Shown here: piece after piece, positions 41,401-53,922 of the stretch | Layout of the letters: each line of letters begins with the position of its first letter | How positions within the stretch are numbered: position 1 is the first letter of the stretch | Source: Lingula anatina | Taxonomy: Eukaryota > Animalia > Brachiopoda | Assembly: GCA_051362555.1 (NCBI GenBank) | Contig: CM120643.1 | Coordinates: 17,178,848 to 17,242,847 of the forward strand | Reading direction: 5' to 3' | Length of the DNA stretch: 64,000 nucleotides | Translations under genes and position numbers: made by a program | The notes under the pieces: model-generated | What the model saw: the letters and a program-made list of their open reading frames with translations, nothing else | Told to the model about the DNA's origin: nothing | The model's database searches: none

Positions 41401-42547
41401 TAGACGATGGTGACAGCAAATGGGAAAGTCAGTCGACCTTACTGCTGAATTAGAAAAGTAGATATTATGTATCTGAGGCACGGTAGGGTCACTTCGTCTG
41501 TTATTTAAAAGTCTTCGTGCTTGACCATTTTTGTAGAAGTTCGTGCGATTTATAATACTGTACACTTAAATCATTCAGTGCTTATTAATTAAGACTGGGC
41601 TTTTTAAATTCGTATATACAACGCATTTGCTCTCAACACATAAGCTCCATTTGTAAGTGAAATACATCATAGAATATGTATCACTGCCTTCCACTCTTCC
41701 AGCAATTTATTTTGGCTGTGCTATTCTCCTGCTGTGCATCTCCACAGCCATGACAGTGATGGTGATGAACATGCAGTACAGCGGGGCGCATGGTGCACGT
41801 GCTCCTCCCTGGCTCAGGAGAATCGTCCTTGGCAACTTGGCCAAGGCCATGTGTCTTCAGAGACTGGTGAAGCAGAACCTAGAAAACTGGAATCCATCTG
41901 AGGTAGGTTTAATTGGCCGTGTGATTATTACTCGTAAAACTGTACCAGTAGAACTCGTTAGATAATGACATTCCATATCTTTTAAGATACATAACACAAG
42001 ATAATTATTAGGTTTACTTTAATAAGGGGAGAGACGCAGTTTTTCAAGATGAATAAATAAAAGTGATAACATGTGCCAGAAAATATAAGTGGTCCAGCGG
42101 AGCAAAACATACAAATAGGCATACACGTGGTACAATTATCTTTTTTCTTTCAAGGTGAAAGATAAAGTCGCCCCTGCTGCAAACGGCAAAATACCCAAGA
42201 AGGATGAAGAATACATGACAACAGAAACACCAGTACAGAAATTTACTTCAACGGCAAGCCTATGCAGGACACCACAGCTACGCCCTCTTTCGGCGCCGTC
42301 AGAAAACAAGAAAGGAAACAACCAAGACAATGATACGTTGGCGAAAATTTTACGGAGGTTGGATGGGTTCGAGGAACATTGGAAAATGAAACGGCGTTAC
42401 GACATATGCAAAATGGAATGGGAGTTAATCGTATTAGTAGTTGATAGGATGTTTCTTTTTCTTTTCTTCTTTATGACATTTGTGATAAATTTAATATTTC
42501 TCGCGTATAATCCCGATACGAGTGATTACAGCTTGGACGTTCAGTAG
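34957..42547 (+). CDS. Nicotinic acetylcholine receptor alpha-type subunit (Cys-loop, cation-selective), 7 exons, ~500-516 aa
   Basis: Exons: 34957 (or 34981/35005)-35053 signal peptide; 35815-35984; 39539-39583 (DEKNQILFSAVWLRM); 40234-40343 (WRPDIILYN); 40840-41375 (Cys-loop CKLDVQYFPKDLQVC, loop C YQCCSEAYPD, TM1, GEK-TM2); 41703-41902 (TM3); 42155-42547 (TM4, VDRMFL). All phases compatible. Confidence 0.93.
36151..36309. mobile_element. MITE family B (CAGGGGCG termini)
   Basis: Near-identical inverted copy at ~47935-48108 (caggggcggatcc ... atccacccctg). Confidence 0.6.
36525..38100 (-). mobile_element. 5'-truncated non-LTR retrotransposon (LINE; RTE-X/L2-like) in nAChR intron 2
   Basis: RT motifs DFSKAFD, GTRQGCMVSPLLF, YADD, YKYLG and C-terminal C..C..EDEYHFVLVCP. 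The 3' end has AATAAA + (CAT)n. Exact 15-bp TSD aaacacattacattg at 36510-36524 and 38101-38115. Confidence 0.93.
36599..38100 (-). CDS. Partial LINE ORF2 (reverse transcriptase and C-terminal domain), open throughout
   Basis: The 465-aa track ORF extends upstream without a stop to the truncation point (VDFSKAFDRVQH...). Confidence 0.85.
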
Positions 42548-43213
42548 ATATTCGCGTTATAAACGTTTATGTATTGACAAACAGAAGAAAAACGCCTATG
42601 CATCTTCCCAAGCCATATATACATGTGTATATAATGTAAATTTCATGTCAATATATCAGTGATACTCAAGAAATAAAAGTTAAACTAAAGTAGTATAATT
42701 TCCAGTGAGGTGGTGGGGGAAGGGGGGGGGGGGGGTCAGGGAGGAGGGGGTTGCCCAGGAGCGTGAGCATTTACGTTCGCATGTAATTTCTATCTAATGA
42801 TAACAGGGGCCTTTAAAACAGAATACAATATTGAAGTATAGGCCTCTGTGGGAATAAGCCCAATCAGGTCATCTGCTCTTATGTTACGGTGGCTCAGCAG
42901 CAGAGGAAGATAATTGTGGGATTGGGTGTCCTCACTCATGTCGGCATCTGGAGTAAGTCTGAGACCAACCTTCACTTGCATTACTTAGCATAGAAATAGG
43001 AATGTGCACTACTCAACACCTTTGTTGAAATCGCGCCCAATGACAAGAACAAAGAGTCTTTCTAACGAGGAACGTGTTGTCGTTGATGACAAATCCTGCA
43101 GGGTCCGATACAATAATTTTGTAACAGCCTATTGGCGGGCCCTGTGGTCAAAGTGCGCTGGATATAACTTTAACACCAGATCCGAGGTGGGCTGAACACG
43201 TTCTGAGTATGTT

Positions 43214-43216
<3 letters not shown>

Positions 43217-43265
<49 letters not shown>
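43217..43265. repeat. (AAT)n microsatellite
   Basis: Directly visible. Confidence 0.95.
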
Positions 43266-43679
43266 GAGTTAAGACATTCATTGGTGGAAGGAATTCATGA
43301 AACTAGAGACATAACAAAACTTTCGTTTCTTTTTTTGTTAGTTTATTTCACCTGAACAAAACTCCCACCATACAGTACATGTATGTACGACCCGTGTCAG
43401 AGGTATGTTTTACGATCGCCTAAAGCAAATAAAGTCTGGATTATCTATTCACCAAGAATGCATACTTGTAAAGCTATTTTGTTTGGTCACTCGCCATAAA
43501 TAAAGAAAGACATTTTTTTTATCTTCACTCTGATGCATTTTATATATAGAAAAAGCATAATTTTTTTTTTTTTTTTTTTGGGGGGGGGGGCACGACGATT
43601 GGAACCGAGGCGACATTTTAAGAAAAATTCTTGATCCATGACTGTGCTACAAGCAAGAATGAAATCCAGGCATATTATA

Positions 43680-44280
43680 AACCCGCCTAGGCGAGGTCAT
43701 TAGTCTGTGCAACCATGTGTCAGGTTTTGTACCTTTATTTTTTGTAAGATATACAACTGTACTACTATGGAGCCACACAATCAGTGCTTTCCAATTTTCT
43801 AAGCACGAACGTAGAAGGTAAGGCAGCTAATTGCGTTTCTATTTTTTTATCAAAGAATGCTCCTAAAAGCCCACTGAGTAATAATTATAAACCAAAACGT
43901 TGAAGATACTGAGGGTGGACCTTTTTCAATGAAAACTGAAATAACAATGAAGTTTCGGCCAGTGAGTCCTAACAACTTCTACTGACATTAGTCTGATGAA
44001 GGTCTACGTCCAGATTGGCTGTAATTAATATACTGGGTAAGCTAACGGTATTAAAATATTTCGGCTTGTGTTTGATAATTGTCATATATGAATAAAATTA
44101 TTATTTCACTATTCAGTACAAATTGTGTGGCTACTTCAATACCTCGCCCATGTAATATTAGTATTTTGGTTGGAAAATTTTCCCAAATTATCTTTTGTTT
44201 ACCATAAGAAATTTATATGTTAACATTTAGTTTAAATGTGTTAAGAGTCTAATCCGTGTCCTCCTAGTGCTACAAATATC
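43680..44280 (+). repeat. Segment upstream of peptide gene copy 1, duplicated at ~49964-50765
   Basis: acccgcctaggcgaggtcattagtctgtgcaaccatgtgtcag... through ...ctcctagtgctaca occurs at both loci. Confidence 0.85.
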
Positions 44281-44537
44281 CATGATTGCGTCGCGGCAGG
44301 GCAATACAGGGCCAGTGTAATTGTTCATCCATTTACAATGGGCATGTCCTTAAACGTCACATCACTCGAGGTCACAGACAGCCAATCAATATTTTGCACC
44401 CCTGTGCTTTTTCATATTCATTTTTTAGATGGGCGAGGCCACTTCCTACGCCAAGATCCCTATTTGAGTGGTGGAGAAATTTGGAAAACTTCATACTGCT
44501 GTTGGAACGACTCCCGAGTGTGTGACAAATTTACAAC

Positions 44538-47229
44538 ATGGAGAAGACAACCTTGATCGCTTTGCTCTTGGTGACAATGGTCGTTATTGACTTGTTCGCG
44601 GATGCGGAGGGTAAGTTAGCTTAGGCCAACTGTTTTTTTAAATTTCATGATATGAAATGCACAAAACATGTTTCATATTATGTCAGAGTTTCCATGTCAA
44701 GTGTTTGACTTCAACCCAGTTATCGACAATTTGGGTTTTCTTTTTATTAGCATGCAAGAAGATGGAGTACAAGTCATTATTGCCATTGGTCTTTACTTAG
44801 ATGCATGAACGGAAATAAGACCAATTAAGCATTTCGGCTCTATTTCTGCATATGGTTATAAATTTCTCAACCTGCGTCTCCCTCTAAATAGTCATATACC
44901 AACTTAGTACCTGGCCTTACATAACGGGATAACTTAAAACGCCTTTTGCGCATGGTGGTTCGGACCAAATCGTCTATGCCGATTTTCACCGCCTCCACAA
45001 TGGCCTGAAACCATGATAGGCATGGGTACAGCTACGACGAGCCCAATGCCACCTTTCTTGTTAAATTGTACTGGACACAAGAGGGGCAAAGAAAAAGAGG
45101 CAGACCCAAGACCACATGGAGGAGGACGGTTGAAGCAGAACTGAAAGAACTGGGCGAAAGTTTGGGGACAATTCAACATCTAGCGAGAGACAGAGAGGAG
45201 TGGAGGACCTTTGTTGTCGCCCTAGACGCCCAACGGCATAACAGGAGATAGATAGATAGATCACAGATAATTTGGAGTCAGTTTTGCCACTATGCCGGCC
45301 ATACCATGCTACCATTGACTTAGAAAAATACAGAAAGACATCTATTCATATCACCCCCAAAATGATATTTGAACGGATTATTTTGCTTGTTTCCCGTCCT
45401 GTATATAAACTGGTTAATGCTTTACTGTCAATAAACACATCATTCACCAAAATGAAAGAAAAATAGTGGGACGGATTTCTGTCAAAAATGTCAATATCAG
45501 CTCTTGGGTTTGGTAATAGGTTTAATATCTGATTGTCTTCAGTACTTTCCTTTTGTTCTTTACTGGATAACAGCACCCTTCAAGAATGGCATGTTTAGCT
45601 TTGATAAAGTTCATTTTTTCAACGACCTTATACAAGTTTTCCTTGTCGCCTAAGGGTGTATTCCAAGAGATTTAGATCGATCCAGAGATTAAGATTTAGA
45701 TCGACCTAACTCCCCTAAATTGCGGTCAGCCGAGCGCGCACCATAGTTAATTACCCCCCTTACAGCTTTTAGTAGGCGGGAAAGACGCTTAAGCCGGCTA
45801 AGCTGACAGTAATCTAGTGAGACTCCCCACAGGGATAGATCGATCTAAAATCTATGGAAATGGGGTCTAAGTCACCCTCGTTGACAAGTTGTCGAGTAAA
45901 CTTCAAACGCCACTTGAAACTTCTTTCAACTAATCCAGTGCCTGCTCCACCTCATGGGGGTCCTAAGCCTCGACTGTTTGCCTGTTACACCACTACCTTA
46001 CGGGGGTCGTCGTACACGACGTACAGTGTAGTTCTTCCACTGACATTTTGGACTCCGTGAAAGAAAAAGTTTGTGTCACTGTAAAGTACGCCTGTTTAAC
46101 AACTAACACGATTGGTGAACTAAAATATCAAATTAAGACAGTTACAGTAATAAAAAATAATGAAGGCCAATATATGATAATACGAAGAATTTAGATACCA
46201 ATGTAAAAAGAAATATAAAAAAAATGATGAAAATGTCATATATAAATTTTCATTTCCCAACCATTTTACAGGTGACTCTAATGAAACGTCGATTCCTTAC
46301 AAAAATACTAACAGCGATACCATAAATTTGGCTCACACACACGTAACTTGGGGGTTGGGGGTGGGAGGGGGGGGAGAAAATGGGATTTTAAACCTTGAAT
46401 AGAATCGACAACAGTTCATTCTAACATCTCATTTGTACCATATATTTTCACGATTGTGTTGCTTTAGGTGATTCTAGGAGGAGGAGGAGTCCTAGTAGGA
46501 GGAGGAGCCTTAGTAGGAGGAGGAGTGGTACAACACAGGGGGATGTTCAAGAAGTCGATGACGACGTAAGTACATGGTTATTTTATTAGTATCACCCTGA
46601 ACCCTAAGGCCCGTAAATGACTACGTCAGGTTAACATTTCTCGGCAAAACCAATTTCTGTTAAGGTCTATTATAGAGTGTAGACAGCAAACGTAGGCCTC
46701 AAATATCGTAAGCCATGAAAACGCCGTTTCCACGCCGGGTGAGAGACAATCTTTAGAAATTTAGTTTAAAACTGCGTCAGGTTATTCTTATATAGTACGC
46801 CTTAAAGACATAATAACGAGAAGTGCCAATCTGTCTTTAATTTCACGCCAGCATCAAAACAACAGGATTTCTTTATTCTTCTGTCCAAGGCAACTGTTGG
46901 CATGCATGGTAGTTTATTTAGATACATTGATACGTACATGTAGGTAGAGGGTAGCTGTACCAGTAATACCAAAGAGTGACCACAGAGGACGTATCAAAAT
47001 CTATTAGTCAAATTATGTAAGATGTTGAACAAAGTGATTTTCCATTTAAGAAAAAGTTTTTGAAAAGTTATTTGAAAAGTATTGACACCATCTATTCGTC
47101 CAATTTATACAGAGGTAGAAATACCTACAGTATATCGTGTATCTTATTCAGGTTAATCTGGCCAAAGTGATGGAAAAACTGGTTGACTTTCTGGATGAAG
47201 ATGCTGACGATGAGGAGAATGACGAATAA
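44538..47229 (+). CDS. Secreted Arg-rich/acidic-tail peptide precursor, copy 1 (divergent), 82 aa
   Basis: Exons 44538-44610, 46468-46565, 47152-47229 (intron phases 1 and 0; GT-AG): MEKTTLIALLLVTMVVIDLFADAEG-DSRRRRSPSRRRSLSRRRSGTTQG-DVQEVDDDVNLAKVMEKLVDFLDEDADDEENDE*. Confidence 0.8.
45068..45260 (+). mobile_element. 3' fragment of an RTE-clade LINE
   Basis: WTQEGQRKRGRPKTTWRRTVE...ARDREEWR is the typical RTE ORF C-terminus, followed by a (GATA)n tail. Confidence 0.8.
45340..45600 (-). mobile_element. Possible degenerate BEL/Pao gag fragment
   Basis: LPNPRADIDIFDRNPSHYFSFI...IRSNIILG resembles the BEL/Pao gag P..F.G.P..Y..F pattern; recognised by eye only. Confidence 0.4.
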
Positions 47230-49678
47230 TGAATAACATGGTACCCTGAAATTCAGACGAGAAACGGATGTGGACATATTTTTTCAAAATAGACCATGTA
47301 GCTGCCTGCTCTTCCGACCTTTGACTTTCAATTGTCTCTCATTTAAATCGCCTTGAAAGTTTAGAAATACTCATACGGGTTTAAATTCTGGTATACAATC
47401 TGATCATGTGTATTGATACCATTAAAGACAGGGAACAAGTGAGGCACACCAAAAGCCAGGTCCTTCTTGTTTGAGAAATGAAAGAACAAGTAATTATCCT
47501 GAAATTCGGGGAAGACAATTTGGCGTTGAAGTAAAAAGAAAAAGAAAATGAAACACCTTTTGTTTTAACTGTTTCAGCTACTAACATTGCTCTTATTTAT
47601 AAGACTATTTTCACGGAACAAGTACAAGGGCATGGCCACAAACGAGCAGTGTTGGGCGTGGTCACAGTAACTGACAAGGCGAAAGGTTGTCGAAACTTAA
47701 ATCAATGTGCCACTTCCGTGCATTGACATATAAAGCTTCAATTGTACAATTGGATATTTTATCTCCAAAATTCCTTCACTGCAACAACTACAGATGATTA
47801 TTCCATCTGGATTGCCGTACATTTGCCGTGTAAATGTGCGCCATCTTTGTCCCATTTTACATGTCAAGATGTACCTTCCCCTACTGTGTCCACGATTTTC
47901 TTGCCATTGCTACAGACAGCTCTGATCAAATATTCAGGGGCGGATCCAAAGAATTTTTCTGACAGTCTTCCAAATTACCGGGTATCTTTATTGATTTATC
48001 CTCCATTTTTAACCGTCTTACGACAGAAAAAATTAGATACCCATCAATGTAAACTTTAAAATCTGACGGTCTTCCGGAAGACCCAGAAGCCGGCCTCAAT
48101 CCACCCCTGATATTAGACCCACAGCATGTGAAATCCCCAGTAAAATAATTTATGTTCGTTTTGAAGTAACAAAAAAAAAAGTAAAATGTAAAAACACAGT
48201 ACATGTAAGCGCAAGGTATTTGAGACGTTGAACTTCTTGTTTCCGATGTACTCGTATATCACCAGCTCTTCTGTATTTAACTCAACGCCAGGAGGTAGTA
48301 CGTTTATCTCTTAAACTGATTGCATTCAGCTAGAGTCCTCCCGGAATTGGATCATACTAAGTAAACCGATAGTTGCAGTGGGAATGAGCCTTAAAAGAAT
48401 GGTTTGTGCCTCTGTTTATGGAATATCTAAAAAGTCCCCTCTGAACCAATATTTGATCTATCCAGTAGTTTCCATGTCATTTTTCGTGTTGGGCTAACTT
48501 TAGGAGTTTGTTGTTCTTTTGAAAGCTAGCAGAGTATGAAATTGTTTGAAACATGCTCAAAACACATTTCTCCCTCCGCGTATGCGAACGCACACCAATG
48601 TTTGTCTTTGCACTCAAAACGTATAAGACGTAAATAATAACGAATACCTTCGCCTTATGTTTGCGTATGTGCGCAAGGCATAAATCTTATCACAATTGTC
48701 ATTCCACCTACTAACATCATGCATGATGGCATAATCGCGTTTCATTTGGTATTTTGCTTCAAAATAGGATTTTGATAAAAAAGATAAGTATACTGGAGTT
48801 AACGCTTGTCTGCAGAGCACGACAAAACAAGTCTTAACAAGACTTTGGAGTATCAGTTTCTAATGAAATCTTTAAAAAAGATCCGTCTTTTGCGCTCAGA
48901 TTGGCAGAAAGCACGTTTGGGTCAGCTCCACCAAACCGATTGTTTTCAAGTTTGTTAAAACGTGTTGCTGCCTTGCACTTAATGAGGGTGTCTTGTATCT
49001 TCAGGTATTGAAAACTGCTGTAGCGGGGTGTCTATTTAAAGATATCATGACCTCAGTAACCCGCTCTAAGATGCGCCAAACCCACCACATACCAATGAAT
49101 CTGATGAATGTATATAGTATATCTTATTCTTTGGAAGATGTAGTATACAACTGAACTACTTTGGAACGAAACAATTACCAGTGTTTTCCGGTTTTCTAAG
49201 CACGAATTTCGTTGGTTGGGTAGCAGATCAAATTTCCATTTTAACTGTAACACACTCTCATAAGTAATTTGAGTTATACGTGTAATTCGCAGTCAAAGCA
49301 ACTTTCCTACATCACAGTTTACTCACATTTAAAAGATAAAATCATGTTTGATATATCTGCCTGGAAAAATGAGACGTGAGACAAGTGGTATATGAGTTTG
49401 TTAGATCTTTCTGTTAAAATTTTTTATTATTATAAAAATTATTTCACGCTTTTCGTAAGCAAAGAAAGAGGATAACTAAGTACAGTTATAAGTTTCAGTA
49501 GCAATTTGAAGTTCTGTTCCAACTTGTCTCCTGATGAAACCCAACGCACATACTTAGAATTAAATTTTTTTACAATAATATCACAGATTGTTTTTATTTG
49601 CCATAAGAAATGAATACGTTAACACTGAAGTGATACAGGGCGTAGAATGAGAATAGCGCCTGGTACAGCTATCGAATG

Positions 49679-49915
49679 CAGGGGCGAATCCAGGATTATT
49701 TGAAAGGGGGACGTGGTGTGGGGTTAGCGGGCCCCGAAAAGTTGGTATTTTAGAGGGCGAATGGTGCCATTTGTTGCTGTTTTAGAACTATGATTCAGCT
49801 AGTCAAAATTCTTATTTCAAGAGGGGACCATTGGTGTGATTGTTTCCAGAAATCGAAGGGGGTGGGGGTGGGGAGGAGTCAGGATCCCCCTGACAACCCC
49901 CTAAATCCGCCACTG
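49679..49915. mobile_element. MITE with CAG(G/T)GGCG termini
   Basis: caggggcgaatcc ... aaatccgccactg. The paralogous segment at ~50890-51120 lacks it (empty site near 51098). Confidence 0.65.
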
Positions 49916-50562
49916 AACGCTAGAGCACAAATGTGAAATCTGAAATATGAGAGAGCCTCCTTCAACCCGCCTAGGCGAGGTCATTAGTCTGTGCAACCAT
50001 GTGTCAGCTTTTGTACCTTTATTTTTTGTAAGATATACAACTGTACTACTGAGGAGTGACACAACCAGTGCTTTCCAATTTCTAAGCACGAACTTAGAAG
50101 GAGAGGCAGCTAATTGCCTTTATATGTTTTTTGCAAACAGACATCATCAAGGAATGAGGTTGTGATAGATATGACAAGGGTGACAGGTTGTCACCTCTAT
50201 CACAACCTCATTCCCTGATGAAGCCTGACGAAATATTGGCTGTTAAGACCAGACAAATATAAGTAGCTATAGACAGAATCTTCACAAGTCTATTACAATA
50301 ACGTAGTTAATAATGAAACTGCCCTACACTGAAATAACAATGAAATTGCGGCCAATGAGTAACATCATTTATTGACGTTAGTCTGATGAAGGTCTACGCC
50401 CAGGTTGACTGTTTGATAATTGTCATATATGAATGAAATTGTTTCATTTTTAATAGAAATTGTGTGGCTACTTTATTTTGGTTTGAAATTTTTTCACAAA
50501 TTATCTTTTTCTTTACCATAAGAAATGTATGTGTTAACATTTAGTTAAAATGTGTTAAGAGT

Positions 50563-50730
50563 CAGGCCCGTAGCCAGCAATTTCAAAAGGGGGGTTCGTT
50601 TTCTGAAAAAGTGGACCTTTTTCCATAAAAACATCATGTACCTAGATCAAATTTTACCCAGAGTGGACTTTTTCCCAGCAAAAGGGGCGGTTCTTTCGAA
50701 CCCCCCGAACCCCCCCTGGCTACGGGCCTG
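50563..50730. mobile_element. 168-bp MITE with perfect 15-bp TIR and 5-bp TSD
   Basis: TIR caggcccgtagccag / ctggctacgggcctg with agagt duplicated on both sides. Empty site ttaagagtctaat at ~44241 in the paralogous segment. Confidence 0.88.
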
Positions 50731-53700
50731 AGAGTCTAATCCGAGCCCTCCTAGTGCTACAGATATCTTATTTCGTTGGTTAGGTAGAGGGTCACATTTC
50801 CATACTCTCACAAGTTCATTGAGTTACGATTCATTATAATTCAATGCATCGAACACTCTGAAGTTCGATCTTCTTCAGTCAAAATTTTTAATTATTATAA
50901 AAATAATTTACGCTTTTCGGTAGCAATTTCAACTTCTGTTTCAACTTCTCTCCTGATGCATCCTCATGCATATACCCGATACCTAGAATTAATTTTTGTT
51001 TAAAATAATTGTCTTTTTTGCCATAAGGAACGAGAACGTTAACACTGAAGTGATAAAGGGTGTAGAATGTGAACAGCACTTGGTACAGATGTCGAATGCT
51101 TACAGCATAAAATGTATGTAATCAAGACATTTGTACCGACAGTGGTTAAATCATCTGGAGCCATGCACTGGAAGGAAAGTAGCAGTCTTCTGAAGGAAAG
51201 AAATAGGGGGAAGGCTAACGTTTACCCCCCCTGTATGTGCATGTAAAAATAACATTTTTTTCAAAAATCTCTGGGGGATAGGGGGCATTCAGACTACGAT
51301 CCTGTGATTACTAAAGGATCCAATCTCATCTTCATTTTTATCTCACATTTACATGCAATATACTAAATCGTTTAAGTTTTTCTAGCGTTTGTTTGAAATT
51401 CGTTGAAACATTGCACATGTGCACGAATGTTTTCCTCGACTTCCGTCATAGTAAAACCAATTACCTCTTCTAAATCAACCAAACAAACGATGAAAAGAAA
51501 CATCTTTTTGACAAAATATTTTGTCATGTTTTGGGGCGTGAAGTAATAAAAGAAAGGAAGTCTGCGCTTTAAAGCATACATGTTTTCTACGGGTACCGGT
51601 ATATAAGGCACCTTTACCAGTATCAGTTATTAAGGTCCACTTCCTCTGTGCGTGCTAAGTAAACAAATATGACAAGATTTTCATAAAAGACCTTTCTCCT
51701 GAAACTGATTTTGTGTGGCATTTCTTCATCATTCCACTCCAAGCGACAAGATCACAGTCACAGACCCGGGCACGTGACCACAGACAGCTATTCAAATATC
51801 GAGCTTCGTTTAGCTAGTGATTTATAACGCCTGAATTTTTTGAAAGATCAGTGTTTGGCTCTTTAACTCGGTGACCATGCTGACAAACGCTTCAAACGAA
51901 TAATTCCAGAACATTTGTTATAAATAAAATTTGCTTATATACACGCGCGTTTCAATTAACTGTCTATTAACGAACGTTTAGTTTTTTTTAAAATAAAGAT
52001 GGACACAATGTTGTATCTTTTCGTATTCTTTTTAAATGTTGATTATATTTTTATATATGCAATCAAAGCATGTTGTAAATATTAGAAAGAGAGACAAATA
52101 TCATCAGTTTATCGATTATACTCAAAGCTTTGGGCATGTATAAACATTTATAAACACGATATTAATAGCGTTATTTCCTGATCGTATAACGTGCATGTGA
52201 GAAATGTTTGCAAGCGTGCGTCGACAAGTAGGTGTTCGTAGGTGTAACGTACATCAACGTATGAAAAGCGCACGAGTGGCCCATAATATTATGAACATAC
52301 ATGTCCGAGTAACGTATAATGTAAAAAAGTAGATTAACGTATGCCATCGTGTTTGCCAAAGTACATGTACGAATAATGTACGAATGATGTATATGAGCGT
52401 CTGAGTAACGTGTATATAGCATATATCAACGTATGAATTACGTACGAGTGGCGCATACGAGCATATGAATAACGTATACAAACGCATATCAACGTACATG
52501 TATGTCATCGTAAGCGTATCTCGACGTACTGGGTGTGAGTGTACTTGGGAGTGGTGTATATGAGCGTACGAGTACCGAATATGAGTGTGTGAGAACTATC
52601 TGCATCCTCTCCATCTGGAACAATTATAATGAAAATGTTGGCATAGAACATTATTTATACCACAGATATGACAAAACGCAGAAGATTCGTTTTCCACAGT
52701 TTCATCATACTTTTTAAAAGTATACGTTGAACATGTTCGTCTTATAATACTTATGATGCACAAAGGATGCGTTAATATACGTCTGGCATTTCGGTGTCTC
52801 AAAATTGAAGGAAGTACATTGACTAAGTAACACGTACAAGACACAGCCGCGGAATCAACGTCGGTAAAAGTTAAGTTACAACCCAAGTCATTTACAGTAC
52901 TTTTTGTAATTAGCATATTGTAAGTTGTTGAGAGAGGTTCACCTCAGAGATGTTAGAGAATGAAGCTGTGGCCATGTGCAACCATTTCGTTAACGCTGTT
53001 ATACAAGCCGTCGGCTGAGAACAATGTATGGCCAGCTATCGAAGGCCTACAGTATTCAGTGTATATACAATGTATATATGCGCTGTGTCAGCAGACATTT
53101 GTGATCACCTGGACGCTGAGAAGTAACACACAGCTTAAGGAATGGGAGGAGGGAAAAGGGTAACACTTCACAAAAGTGGCATTTTTTTTCAAAAGTACCT
53201 GCCCCCCCCCCCTTCACGCTAGCACTCTTGTTTACGGCCTTTGGTATGTACTATATGCACATATAGTACTGATATATGTATCACGGACCGTAAATATGCT
53301 ATCCATGCACCCCATACCCCCCACCACCACCACCACAGCCGACGATGAGTAAACAAAGGATCCTCTGTCATCTTAAAATTTACCTAACACTTTCGTGTAA
53401 CAGTGTACACTTTAAAATCGTTTTAAATTAATTTTGGCGTTGGTTTGAAATTCGCTGATCAAGCATTGCACACGCACACGAGTGTTTGCCTTGGTTTCCT
53501 TGACCTTTATGTTACATCATACTAAAATCAATCATATCATCTAGATCATTCAAATAACGTATAGAATCATATACTTGTTTTTATATAGTATACATGTAAC
53601 ATACCGGAAGTAAAAGCGCGAGCAGCAGTACCAGAACAAGGTTATACGAAGAATAACCACTTTGACCGTGTTACGTGAAAAATAGGAGATTTTGGCCGTA

Positions 53701-53814
53701 AAGTAATCGCACCAAAACCTGTTTTGTGACATTTTATTATCATGGCACTTCATGCAACTTGATCACAGACAGGGAATCAAAGTTCAAGTCTCGTCCTTTT
53801 CTTATTCACGCAAA

Positions 53815-53922
53815 AAGTTATGTAAGCAGGGCGTGGTTACGTGGCCTTATAAAACGAGGCGTCAGTTTGCGGAAACTTCACAACTCCGTTCAAACGGCTC
53901 CTCAGTGGGACGGGCTTGCAAC
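53815..53922 (+). promoter_or_regulatory. Putative core promoter and 5' UTR of peptide gene copy 2
   Basis: GGGCGTGGT GC/GT-box at ~53829 and TATAAAA at 53848-53854, 75 nt before the ATG. The same module lies before copy 3 (58995) and copy 4 (62062-62068, minus). Confidence 0.6.

Noticed and set aside
46468-46530. Protamine or SR-protein interpretation of the Arg/Ser-rich exon
   Set aside because: It is spliced to a hydrophobic signal-type exon and an acidic tail; protamines and SR proteins are nuclear and lack signal peptides.
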